Virus record (IMG/VR): IMGVR_UViG_3300044645_002216
Coordinates: 3,307 to 67,306 of that record
DNA length: 64,000 nt
DNA from: a virus
Direction: 5' to 3' (one strand)
In this document: piece after piece, positions 35,921-44,977 of the stretch
Position numbering within the stretch: position 1 is the first letter of the stretch
Layout of the letters: the number at the start of each line of letters is the position of its first letter
Translations under genes and position numbers: made by a program
The notes under the pieces: generated by a model
Database searches by the model: none
Told to the model about the DNA's origin: nothing
The model's input: the letters and a program-made list of their open reading frames with translations, nothing else

Positions 35921-37854
35921 TGCCCAAACTTAAATCCCATAAAACAGTAGAACAAATTGCAAAGAAGCATCGTCTTGATGTTTCTTTCATACAAAAGCAA
36001 CTTGATATGGGAGAACCTATTGAGCATGAACATACAAAAGATCATGAACTTGCAATGGATATCGCTCTTCAACATCTTGATGAAATTCCAGATTATTACA
36101 CTCGTTTGAAAAAAATGGAGGCAGATGCTAAAAAGCATCATAAAAAATTTAAAGATGTAAAAGAAGAATGTGACTGTGAGAAAAATGCGGTTAATGAACT
36201 TGAAGTTAGTCTTAAAAAACTAAACAATACTTCTTACGATTCTATAGATAAACTTATGCGTCGTATTATGAAAAAACATAATATGACTGCAAAGGAACTA
36301 CATAATTCTTTTGTTGAAAAACACAGTAAAACTCCGGATAATTGGGTAAAAAATATAGAAGAAGAAACTAAGTCTGGTGATGAAGGTCTTCGTGATTGGT
36401 TTAATAAATCAAAATCATCTGATGGTAAAAGTGGTTGGGTGCAACTTGGTGGAAAATGGGCAGGAAAACCATGTGCCCGCCAACCAGGACAAACTTCAAC
36501 TCCAAAATGTGGAAGTTCTAAAATGAAAAGAACACTTTCTAAAGACGAAGAGGAAGCAGCAAGAAGAAGAAAAAATCGTTTAGATCCAAGTCAACCAGAA
36601 AAAACTGGTGCAGCAAAACCAACTAACGTAAGAACTGAAGATATGGATTTACAAGAAGTTAAGGACAAACCAGGTAAAGGTAGTGGAAAAAAAGATGCTT
36701 GCTACCATAAAGTAAAGTCTAGGTATGATGTTTGGCCAAGCGCATATGCTTCTGGGGCACTTGTAAAATGTCGCAAAGTTGGTGCTGCAAACTGGGGAAC
36801 TAAGTCTGAGGAAACTCAAATGCACGAAGAAGAAAGATATTGTCCAATGTGCGATAAAAGGGAAACAAGATCTGAATGTGCTTATGGTGGTAAAGTCTGG
36901 GATAAGGTTTCTATAAAAGATGAAGAATATTCAATGGCCAGATCAGAATTGAAAACCATTGAAGATGCAGTAAAGAGACTTCGTGCAAAAGTTGAAATGG
37001 GTGAGGGAGATCTTGAAGCATGGGTTCAATCAAAAATTACCAAGGCAGCGGATTATATTGATACTGCGGCAGATTATATTGATAGTGGCGAAATGGAAGA
37101 GCAAGCATCTTTCGGTGAAATGAAATGCTGGCCTGGTTATAAAAAGAAAGGAACTCAGACCTTATTCGGAAAGAAATATAATAGATGTGTGAAGTCAGAA
37201 GATGTTACCATAGAAGATGCTGAGGGAAATACCTTCGCTGAAGTTATAGATCTAATTAAACCCGAACCAATTAAAGGATTCAAATCTCAAATTGATGAGG
37301 CGTCAAGACTTCAAGCACAAACTGGAAATGTGATTGCAGTCACTCTTTCTTGGAGAGGAAAATATTATAGTGTTAAAATGTTCTTCCCACAGGTTAAGTT
37401 ACCTTCAAGATCTGAACTGACCACTGAACTCCAAAAAGTCTATCCTGGATCTAGATTGGTTCATCATTATGTTTCAGAAATTCAACCAGGACAACCACTA
37501 ATTCAAGCGTTTGGACCTCAGGGTGGTAACGCAGCAAAGGTTGGTCCCAATAAGAATTATGTAAAACCTATGAGCGAAGAAGTTGAGATTGATGAGGACT
37601 GGCAGGAAGTTAATAGAAAAGATAAAACTGATGGATTAAGTCCTGCTGCAGTAAAAGCATATCGCAGAGAAAATCCAGGTTCTAAACTACAGACTGCAGT
37701 AACTGAAAAGAATCCAACGGGCAAAAGAGCAGGAAGGCGACAATCATTTTGTCGACGTATGAAAGGAATGAAATCAAAATTGACAAGTGCAAAAACAGCA
37801 AAAGATCCTGATAGCAATATCAACAAAGCACTTCGTAGATGGAATTGTAATTAG
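35920..37854 (+). CDS. Modular hypothetical protein (644 aa), putative internal head polyprotein
   Basis: Basic Cys-pair modules separated by Glu-rich linkers; lies between gp16 and gp17. Confidence 0.75.
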   Translation: MPKLKSHKTVEQIAKKHRLDVSFIQKQLDMGEPIEHEHTKDHELAMDIALQHLDEIPDYYTRLKKMEADAKKHHKKFKDVKEECDCEKNAVNELEVSLKKLNNTSYDSIDKLMRRIMKKHNMTAKELHNSFVEKHSKTPDNWVKNIEEETKSGDEGLRDWFNKSKSSDGKSGWVQLGGKWAGKPCARQPGQTSTPKCGSSKMKRTLSKDEEEAARRRKNRLDPSQPEKTGAAKPTNVRTEDMDLQEVKDKPGKGSGKKDACYHKVKSRYDVWPSAYASGALVKCRKVGAANWGTKSEETQMHEEERYCPMCDKRETRSECAYGGKVWDKVSIKDEEYSMARSELKTIEDAVKRLRAKVEMGEGDLEAWVQSKITKAADYIDTAADYIDSGEMEEQASFGEMKCWPGYKKKGTQTLFGKKYNRCVKSEDVTIEDAEGNTFAEVIDLIKPEPIKGFKSQIDEASRLQAQTGNVIAVTLSWRGKYYSVKMFFPQVKLPSRSELTTELQKVYPGSRLVHHYVSEIQPGQPLIQAFGPQGGNAAKVGPNKNYVKPMSEEVEIDEDWQEVNRKDKTDGLSPAAVKAYRRENPGSKLQTAVTEKNPTGKRAGRRQSFCRRMKGMKSKLTSAKTAKDPDSNINKALRRWNCN

Positions 37855-37870
37855 TAATTAGGTTTTTATT

Positions 37871-39517
37871 ATGGGCAATGATGTATACTTAGGTAATCCT
37901 CTTCTCAAGAAGGCAAATACACCTATTGAATTTACACAAGAACAAATCTTAGAATTTGTTAAGTGTAAAGATGATCCAGTTTATTTTGCAAAAAATTATG
38001 TAAAAATTGTAACTCTAGACCATGGATTACAGTCTTTTCAGATGTATCCATTTCAAGAGAAACTGGTAAGAAGATTTCATGAAAACAGATTTAATATCTG
38101 TAAGATGCCTCGTCAGACAGGTAAATCTACCACAGTAGTTTCCTTTCTTTTACACTATGCAGTTTTTAATGATAACGTAAACATTGGTATTCTTGCAAAC
38201 AAAGCAGCAACTGCAAGAGAACTTTTGGATAGATTGCAGACTGCTTATGAAAATCTTCCAAAATGGATGCAACAGGGAATTGTTTCCTGGAATAAGGGAT
38301 CTCTTGAACTAGAAAATGGTTCTAAAATCTTAGCAGCATCGACATCAGCATCTGCTGTTCGAGGAATGTCTTTTAACATTCTATTCTTGGACGAATTTGC
38401 ATTCGTACCAAATCATATTGCAGATTCATTTTTTGCTTCGGTATATCCAACTATCACTTCAGGTAAGCAAACTAAGGTTATTATAGTTTCAACACCACAC
38501 GGTATGAATCATTTCTACCGAATGTGGCATGATGCGGAAAAGGGTAAGAATGAATATATTTTTACTGATGTTCATTGGTCAGAAGTTCCTGGTCGCGATG
38601 AGGAATGGAAAAAGCAAACCATTGCCAATACAAGCGATCAACAGTTTAAGGTAGAGTTTGAATGTGAATTCTTAGGATCAGTAGATACTCTTATTGCACC
38701 AAGTAAGCTCAGAAACCTTGTATACGACCACCCTAAGACGCGTAGTGCTGGTTTAGATGTTTATCTGGATCCAGAAGAAGACCATGATTACTTAATAACA
38801 GTGGACGTTGCTAGAGGTGTTGGAAACGACTATTCTGCATTTGCTGTTGTTGATATAACACAATTTCCACATAGAGTGGTTGCAAAATATAGGAATAATG
38901 AAATAAAACCTATGCTTTTCCCAAGCATAATTCATGAGGCAGCGACGGCATATAACAATGCGTATATTTTATGTGAAGTAAATGATGTTGGAGATCAAGT
39001 AGCAAGTATTCTCCAATATGACCTCGAATATAATAATCTCCTCATGTGTTCAATGAGAGGTAGAGCAGGTCAAATTGTCGGTCAGGGATTTTCTGGAAAG
39101 AAAACTCAACTTGGAGTTAAGATGTCCAAAACTGTAAAGAAGATTGGATGTCTCAATCTAAAGACTATGATTGAAGAGGATAAGTTATATCTAAATGATT
39201 ATGAAATAATTTCAGAGTTGACTACTTTTATCCAAAAACATAATTCATTTGAAGCTGAAGAAGGGTGTAATGATGACCTGGCTATGTGTTTGGTAATTTA
39301 TGCATGGTTAGTTGCTCAAGATTACTTTAAAGAACTTACAGACCAAGACGTAAGAAAACGTCTTTATGAGGAACAAAAAAATCAAATAGAACAAGATATG
39401 TCTCCGTTCGGATTTATATCTGATGGATTGGATGAAAGTAGTTTTATTGATAATGATGGAGATAGATGGTATGTCGATGAATATGGAGACCGTTCATACA
39501 TGTGGGAATATATGTAA
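37871..39517 (+). CDS. gp17: Terminase large subunit gp17
   Basis: PRQTGKST Walker A, LFLDEFAF Walker B, STPHG, DVARG and NDDL nuclease motifs. Confidence 0.97.
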   Translation: MGNDVYLGNPLLKKANTPIEFTQEQILEFVKCKDDPVYFAKNYVKIVTLDHGLQSFQMYPFQEKLVRRFHENRFNICKMPRQTGKSTTVVSFLLHYAVFNDNVNIGILANKAATARELLDRLQTAYENLPKWMQQGIVSWNKGSLELENGSKILAASTSASAVRGMSFNILFLDEFAFVPNHIADSFFASVYPTITSGKQTKVIIVSTPHGMNHFYRMWHDAEKGKNEYIFTDVHWSEVPGRDEEWKKQTIANTSDQQFKVEFECEFLGSVDTLIAPSKLRNLVYDHPKTRSAGLDVYLDPEEDHDYLITVDVARGVGNDYSAFAVVDITQFPHRVVAKYRNNEIKPMLFPSIIHEAATAYNNAYILCEVNDVGDQVASILQYDLEYNNLLMCSMRGRAGQIVGQGFSGKKTQLGVKMSKTVKKIGCLNLKTMIEEDKLYLNDYEIISELTTFIQKHNSFEAEEGCNDDLAMCLVIYAWLVAQDYFKELTDQDVRKRLYEEQKNQIEQDMSPFGFISDGLDESSFIDNDGDRWYVDEYGDRSYMWEYM

Positions 39518-39750
39518 TGGATTTAGATAAACAAATAAAGTTAGGTCACTTATTTTTAACTGATAGGAAATGTAGGATATGTGGAGAAACAAAAAATTTA
39601 ATAGATGGATTTTATAGAACACGCAAAGACCGTGGAGCAGTCGCTTCTTCATATGCATACGAGTGTAAGGAATGTACAATAAGCAGAGTCAATAATTCCA
39701 AGAAAAAGTATCCATCATCACTGATTGACTGGATTTATCCTGATTGGTAG
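39517..39750 (+). CDS. Small zinc-finger protein (CxxC...CxxC)
   Basis: CRICGETK...FYRTRK...YECKEC; start at the TAATG overlap (39517). Confidence 0.75.
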   Translation: MDLDKQIKLGHLFLTDRKCRICGETKNLIDGFYRTRKDRGAVASSYAYECKECTISRVNNSKKKYPSSLIDWIYPDW

Positions 39751-39830
39751 ATATTCACGTCTCATTTCCCCACTGGAAATACTCTTTTTAATAAATATTT
39801 CCAGTTAATCTGAGATTTACGGAGAAAAAC

Positions 39831-42029
39831 ATGGCGACTCCTCAATTATCTCCTGGAGTATTAGTCAGGGAGGTTGATTTAACAGTAGGAAGAGCTGATA
39901 ATGTATTAGATAATATCGGTGCGATTGCTGGACCTTTTGCAATTGGACCTGTAAATGATCCAATTGATATTACTACTGAAAACGAACTCATAGATGTTTT
40001 TGGCAAACCATCTTCGATGGATGCCCAGTATGAGTATTGGATGAGTGCATCTTCTTACCTTTCTTACGGTGGTGTTCTTAAGGTAGTAAGAACTGATGGT
40101 TCTAGCCTAACTAATGCAAACGCAATAAGAAATTCATCTGGAATTTCAACTGCAGGTGAGCCAACACTAAAGATTAAGAACTTTGACGACTACGAAGCAA
40201 ATTATGCTGATGATATTGCCAACTATATTTTTGCAGCAAAAACCCCAGGATCTTGGTCAAATAATCTAAAAGTATGTGTTATTGATAACCGCGCTGACCA
40301 AATTCTTAATGTTGGACCAGTGGCTGCCTCTATGGCGCAGGTTGGTTATGGTATAACTACAACCCTATTAAATGTTCCTTCCGCAGGAGTCGGTACCACA
40401 TCTGTTTTCAGTGGTTACTTGAAAGGAATTGTAACCGGTGTAGGTGCTAGCACAGTTGACGTAAAAGTTCTATCTGTTGTAGATACTAGTAATGTAGAAA
40501 CTCCAGTAGAATATGCACCTTTTAGTAGATTAAGATCTTTCACTTCTACTGATCCAGGCGGTTCATTCACTGTTTCTTTAATCACTAGTGCAGGTATTGC
40601 TTCTACTAGTGCCTCTGTAAATACAGGACAAAACCCTGTGCAGGATTGGTATGATGAGCAAACACTAGAACTTACAAACACAAGTATTTTTTGGAGATCA
40701 ATTGCTCCAAAACCAGGAACTTCACAGTATGTATCTGAGAGAAGCGGAAAAGATGATGAAATTCACGTAGTAGTGGTTGATGATACGGGCACAGTTACTG
40801 GAATTCAGGGTAATTTATTAGAGAAGTGGATTGGATTATCTAAAGCAAGTGATGCCATTTCTGCAGTCAATTCTCCACAAAAGATTTGGTGGAAAAATTC
40901 TATTGCAATATTCTCCAAGTATTTGTATGTTGGAGATAATCCATCAGATGATTTAAATGCAAATGAAGACGTAGTTCCAAGTGGATTCTCTCAGGGATTT
41001 ATTCCAAATACAACATCAGCTGGTCTATGGAATTTAGATAGTCAAGGAAGAGTCTTTAGCACTATCGGAAATGTTACCTATGCCTTGTCAGGAGGGACTG
41101 ATTATTCTCAGTTCAATGGTATGACTGCATCTCTAGGTGATTTATTTACTGCATACAATCTATTCTCGAATAAAGATGAAATTGCAGTTGATTATTTGAT
41201 TATGGGCCCTGGATTACAAAATAAATTTGAATCTCAGGCAAAGGCAAATCAGTTAATTTCCATCGCAAACTCAAGAAAAGATTGTGTTGCTGTAATTTCT
41301 CCACATCGCGCAGATGTTGTTGATATTACAAATCCAGATACTCAAACTGATAATATTTTACAGTTCTTCGCTCCTCTTGCCTCTTCATCATACGCTATTT
41401 TTGATGCTGGATATAAGTACACCTTTGACCGCTTCAATAATAAATTCCGTTATATTCCATGTAATGGTGATGTTGCAGGTCTTTGTGTAAGAACTTCTAT
41501 CTTCGCATATCCTTGGTTCTCACCAGCAGGACAGCAAAGAGGTATCTTGAATAATGCTATTAAACTAGCATACAATCCAAATAAAGCACAGAGAGACCAA
41601 CTCTATCCTCAGAGAATTAACGCAGTTATCAATAAACCAGGTGTTGGTATTCTGCTCTTTGGTGATAAAACTGCACTTGGTTTTGCCTCTGCATTTGATA
41701 GAATTAACGTTCGCCGCCTCTTCTTGACTGTAGAGCAAGCACTCGAAAGAACCGCTCAGGCTCAACTCTTTGAACTCAATGACGAGATTACGAGAGCAAA
41801 CTTTATTAATATTGTTGAACCATATCTGCGCGATGTTCAAGCAAAGAGAGGTTTGTATGGTTTCTTCGTTCGCTGCGACGAAACAAATAATACTCCAGAT
41901 GTAATTGATAATAATGAATTTAGAGCTGATATCTTCCTGAAACCAGCTAAATCAATTAATTATGTAACTCTAACCTTTGTTGCAACAAGAACTGGCGTTA
42001 GCTTCGAAGAAGTTGCTGGATCTGTTTGA
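39831..42029 (+). CDS. gp18: Tail sheath protein gp18
   Basis: LSPGVLVREVDLT, PWFSPAG, FDRINVRRLF, KSINYVTLTFVA motifs; AATAAATA late promoter at 39790. Confidence 0.97.
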   Translation: MATPQLSPGVLVREVDLTVGRADNVLDNIGAIAGPFAIGPVNDPIDITTENELIDVFGKPSSMDAQYEYWMSASSYLSYGGVLKVVRTDGSSLTNANAIRNSSGISTAGEPTLKIKNFDDYEANYADDIANYIFAAKTPGSWSNNLKVCVIDNRADQILNVGPVAASMAQVGYGITTTLLNVPSAGVGTTSVFSGYLKGIVTGVGASTVDVKVLSVVDTSNVETPVEYAPFSRLRSFTSTDPGGSFTVSLITSAGIASTSASVNTGQNPVQDWYDEQTLELTNTSIFWRSIAPKPGTSQYVSERSGKDDEIHVVVVDDTGTVTGIQGNLLEKWIGLSKASDAISAVNSPQKIWWKNSIAIFSKYLYVGDNPSDDLNANEDVVPSGFSQGFIPNTTSAGLWNLDSQGRVFSTIGNVTYALSGGTDYSQFNGMTASLGDLFTAYNLFSNKDEIAVDYLIMGPGLQNKFESQAKANQLISIANSRKDCVAVISPHRADVVDITNPDTQTDNILQFFAPLASSSYAIFDAGYKYTFDRFNNKFRYIPCNGDVAGLCVRTSIFAYPWFSPAGQQRGILNNAIKLAYNPNKAQRDQLYPQRINAVINKPGVGILLFGDKTALGFASAFDRINVRRLFLTVEQALERTAQAQLFELNDEITRANFINIVEPYLRDVQAKRGLYGFFVRCDETNNTPDVIDNNEFRADIFLKPAKSINYVTLTFVATRTGVSFEEVAGSV

Positions 42030-42067
42030 TCGTCTTAACAAATTAATTAAACAGGAGGATTAAAAAA

Positions 42068-42733
42068 ATGGCTACTATTAAAGGTCTTTCACAATTTAAA
42101 TCAAAACTAATTGGTGGTGGCGCCCGCCCAAATCTTTTTGAAGTCTCTATGTCTGTACCAGGTGCAGCTGCTGGAGTAGATCTTAATATTCAAGGTGATG
42201 GCGACGGTCAATTTGATGCAGAAAAGTTTACATTCTTATGTAAGGCAGCTGCTTTACCTGCTTCTAATGTCTCACCTATCGAAGTTCCTTTCCGTGGCAG
42301 AACCATGAAAGTTGCTGGCGATAGAACCTTCGACACTTGGACAATCACCATTATCAATGATGAGGATTTCCAGTATAGAAGAGCATTTGAAGCATGGATG
42401 CAAAACATCGGTCAGTATTCTGATCATAGTGGATTAACTTCACCTAATGATTACATGACCGATGCTACTGTTCTGCAACTAGGTAGAGGTAATGCCAATG
42501 GTGGTACATCAGATTTCTTTAGTGGAAAAACACCAGGAAGAGAAACTGGTACTGGTACAGGTGGTTCAGCATCTGTTTTAGCACAGTACAAGTTTAAGGA
42601 TATTTTCCCAACTAATATTTCTGCTATTGATCTATCTTACGACACCACTGACACCATTGAAGAATTCACTGTAGAATTCCAGGTAAATTACTGGTATCCT
42701 GAGCGTCCAGGTAGCAATACTGCTCAAGGATAA
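42068..42733 (+). CDS. gp19: Tail tube protein gp19
   Basis: GGARPNLFEV, FRGR-x-x-KVAGDRTF, IEEFTVEFQ motifs; GGAGG SD. Confidence 0.96.
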   Translation: MATIKGLSQFKSKLIGGGARPNLFEVSMSVPGAAAGVDLNIQGDGDGQFDAEKFTFLCKAAALPASNVSPIEVPFRGRTMKVAGDRTFDTWTITIINDEDFQYRRAFEAWMQNIGQYSDHSGLTSPNDYMTDATVLQLGRGNANGGTSDFFSGKTPGRETGTGTGGSASVLAQYKFKDIFPTNISAIDLSYDTTDTIEEFTVEFQVNYWYPERPGSNTAQG

Positions 42734-42766
42734 ATAGAAGGAGCAGTATACATTTTTATTTAAATC

Positions 42767-44455
42767 ATGGCGAAACTATTTGGTTTTTCGATTGAAGATA
42801 ACGAACCATTATCAGATACTACAATTTCCCCCGTTCCTCCAAATAATGAGGACGGGGTTGACCATTATTTAAGCAGTGGATTTTTCGGTTCGTATGTCGA
42901 TATCGAAGGAGTTTATAGAACAGAATTTGATTTAATTAAAAGATATCGGGAGATGGCACTACACCCAGAGTGTGATAGTGCCATTGAAGATATTGTAAAT
43001 GAAGCAATTGTAAGCGATACTAACGATAGTCCAGTTCAAATTGATCTGGATAATTTAAATGCTAGCGACGGCATTAAAAAGAAAATACGACAGGAGTTCA
43101 AGCACATTTTAGAACTTCTGGATTTTGATAAGAAATCTCACGAAATTTACAGAAACTGGTATATTGACGGAAGACTTTATTACCACAAGGTCATCGATCT
43201 CAAGAATCCTGAGGCAGGAATACAGGAACTGAGATATATTGACGCAATGAAAATGCGCTATGTGAGACAAGCAAAAAAGAATGAAGCAGATAAGTATAGA
43301 GTAACTAGCAGGAACATCGATAATCCAATGGATTATGAGTTTCCCGAGATTGAAGAATACTTCATTTATCAACCAAAAATGACGTATCCGACAGGAACTC
43401 CAGCACCTGGAAATCTTGGAGGATCGAATGCTGGTGTTAAGATGACTAAGGATTCTATCACCTATTGTACATCTGGACTTGTAGATAGAAATAAGGGATC
43501 AACACTTTCTTATCTACACAAGGCAATCAAGTCTCTCAATCAACTTCGGATGATTGAAGATAGTCTTGTAATTTATAGACTATCTCGTGCTCCGGAGCGT
43601 AGAATTTTCTACATTGATGTTGGTAACTTGCCCAAGGTAAAGGCTGAACAATATCTTCGTGATGTTATGATGCGTTATCGCAATAAACTAGTTTATGATG
43701 CAAACACTGGCGAAATTCGTGATGATAAGAAGTTCATGGCGATGCTTGAGGACTTCTGGTTACCTCGTCGCGAAGGTGGAAGAGGAACTGAAATCTCAAC
43801 TCTTCCTGGTGGACAAAATCTTGGAGAAATTACTGACATTAACTATTTCCAAGAAAAACTTTATAGATCTCTAAATGTTCCAACATCAAGAATTGGTGGA
43901 GATGGGGGATTTAATCTAGGAAGATCATCAGAAATTCTTAGAGATGAAGTTAAGTTCAGCAAATTCGTAGCAAGATTAAGAAAGAGATTTTCTTATATGT
44001 TTAGTGATATGCTTAGAACTCAACTTATTCTTAAGAACATTATAACCCCAGCAGATTGGGAAATTATGAATGAGCATATTCAATATGATTTCCTATACGA
44101 CAACCATTTTGCAGAACTTAAGGATGCTGAACTGTTAAATGAAAGACTGGGTATGGTTCAAGTTGCAGAACCTTATGTTGGTAAGTATTTTTCTCAAGAC
44201 TATGTAAGACGCAAGATTCTTCGTCAAACTGATACCGAAATTCTTGAACAAGATGCTCTTATCAAAAAAGAAATTGAAGATGGAGTTATTCCAGACCCAA
44301 GTCAAGCAATTGACCCAGCAACTGGAATGCCTTTAGATCAAACATCACAAATGAATCTTGGGCAACCAGTAATGGAACCAGATCTAAGATCTGATGATAG
44401 AGCAACTCAAGTTGATGCAAAATCAGTGGAACTACCCAAGGGTGGTGAGATATAA
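42767..44455 (+). CDS. gp20: Portal vertex protein gp20
   Basis: RAPERRIFYIDVGNLPK, EDFWLPRREGGRGTEISTLPGG motifs. Confidence 0.98.
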   Translation: MAKLFGFSIEDNEPLSDTTISPVPPNNEDGVDHYLSSGFFGSYVDIEGVYRTEFDLIKRYREMALHPECDSAIEDIVNEAIVSDTNDSPVQIDLDNLNASDGIKKKIRQEFKHILELLDFDKKSHEIYRNWYIDGRLYYHKVIDLKNPEAGIQELRYIDAMKMRYVRQAKKNEADKYRVTSRNIDNPMDYEFPEIEEYFIYQPKMTYPTGTPAPGNLGGSNAGVKMTKDSITYCTSGLVDRNKGSTLSYLHKAIKSLNQLRMIEDSLVIYRLSRAPERRIFYIDVGNLPKVKAEQYLRDVMMRYRNKLVYDANTGEIRDDKKFMAMLEDFWLPRREGGRGTEISTLPGGQNLGEITDINYFQEKLYRSLNVPTSRIGGDGGFNLGRSSEILRDEVKFSKFVARLRKRFSYMFSDMLRTQLILKNIITPADWEIMNEHIQYDFLYDNHFAELKDAELLNERLGMVQVAEPYVGKYFSQDYVRRKILRQTDTEILEQDALIKKEIEDGVIPDPSQAIDPATGMPLDQTSQMNLGQPVMEPDLRSDDRATQVDAKSVELPKGGEI

Positions 44456-44458
44456 ATA
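44451..44458 (+). promoter_or_regulatory. T4-type late promoter
   Basis: Perfect TATAAATA upstream of the small core gene. Confidence 0.8.
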
Positions 44459-44487
44459 AAAACGATTAGTAATTTTGGATTATAGCA

Positions 44488-44652
44488 ATGGATGATTTAA
44501 TGGACATGATTGTATCTGATACACCTCCATCTCAGATTAGCGATAAGATTAAAGATTTACTATTTACAAAGGCTGCAGAAAAGGTTGATGAGTTTAGACC
44601 TACAGTAGCAGTTAGTATGTTCCCACAAGAAGAAGAGCAAACAGAGGAATGA
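44488..44652 (+). CDS. Small acidic prohead core protein (gp67-like position); not in the ORF track
   Basis: MDDLMDMIVSD...KIKDLLFTKAAEKVD...; directly after gp20 and a late promoter. Confidence 0.75.
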   Translation: MDDLMDMIVSDTPPSQISDKIKDLLFTKAAEKVDEFRPTVAVSMFPQEEEQTEE

Positions 44653-44653
44653 T

Positions 44654-44974
44654 ATGAAATCTTTCAGGCAATTTATCTCAGAATCGGTTAATATTGCTGG
44701 AGATTTCACAGGGAATCTCTATATAAACTCTCAGCAAGAGCAACCACAACAAGTTGGTGAAGAATATGTTGCTGATATTATGTGGAATGGGAGTTTATAT
44801 AGAATGGAATTAGTAACTAAAAATGGAATTCCTTCAACTAGAGAACTTGGTGAGCAACTTCAGACTGAGTATCCAGGAGCAGTTGTTCATCAAATTTATC
44901 CTGTAGTTGAAAAGAATTTAAACATCAAAAACGCAAAAAGATACCACCCATCAAAGTTAGAATGGATTGATTGA
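44654..44974 (+). CDS. Putative internal head protein (MKSFRQFISE N-terminus)
   Basis: N-terminus resembles the T4 capsid-targeting sequence MKTYQEFIAE; shares a domain with the 35920 protein. Confidence 0.7.
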   Translation: MKSFRQFISESVNIAGDFTGNLYINSQQEQPQQVGEEYVADIMWNGSLYRMELVTKNGIPSTRELGEQLQTEYPGAVVHQIYPVVEKNLNIKNAKRYHPSKLEWID

Positions 44975-44977
44975 TAA

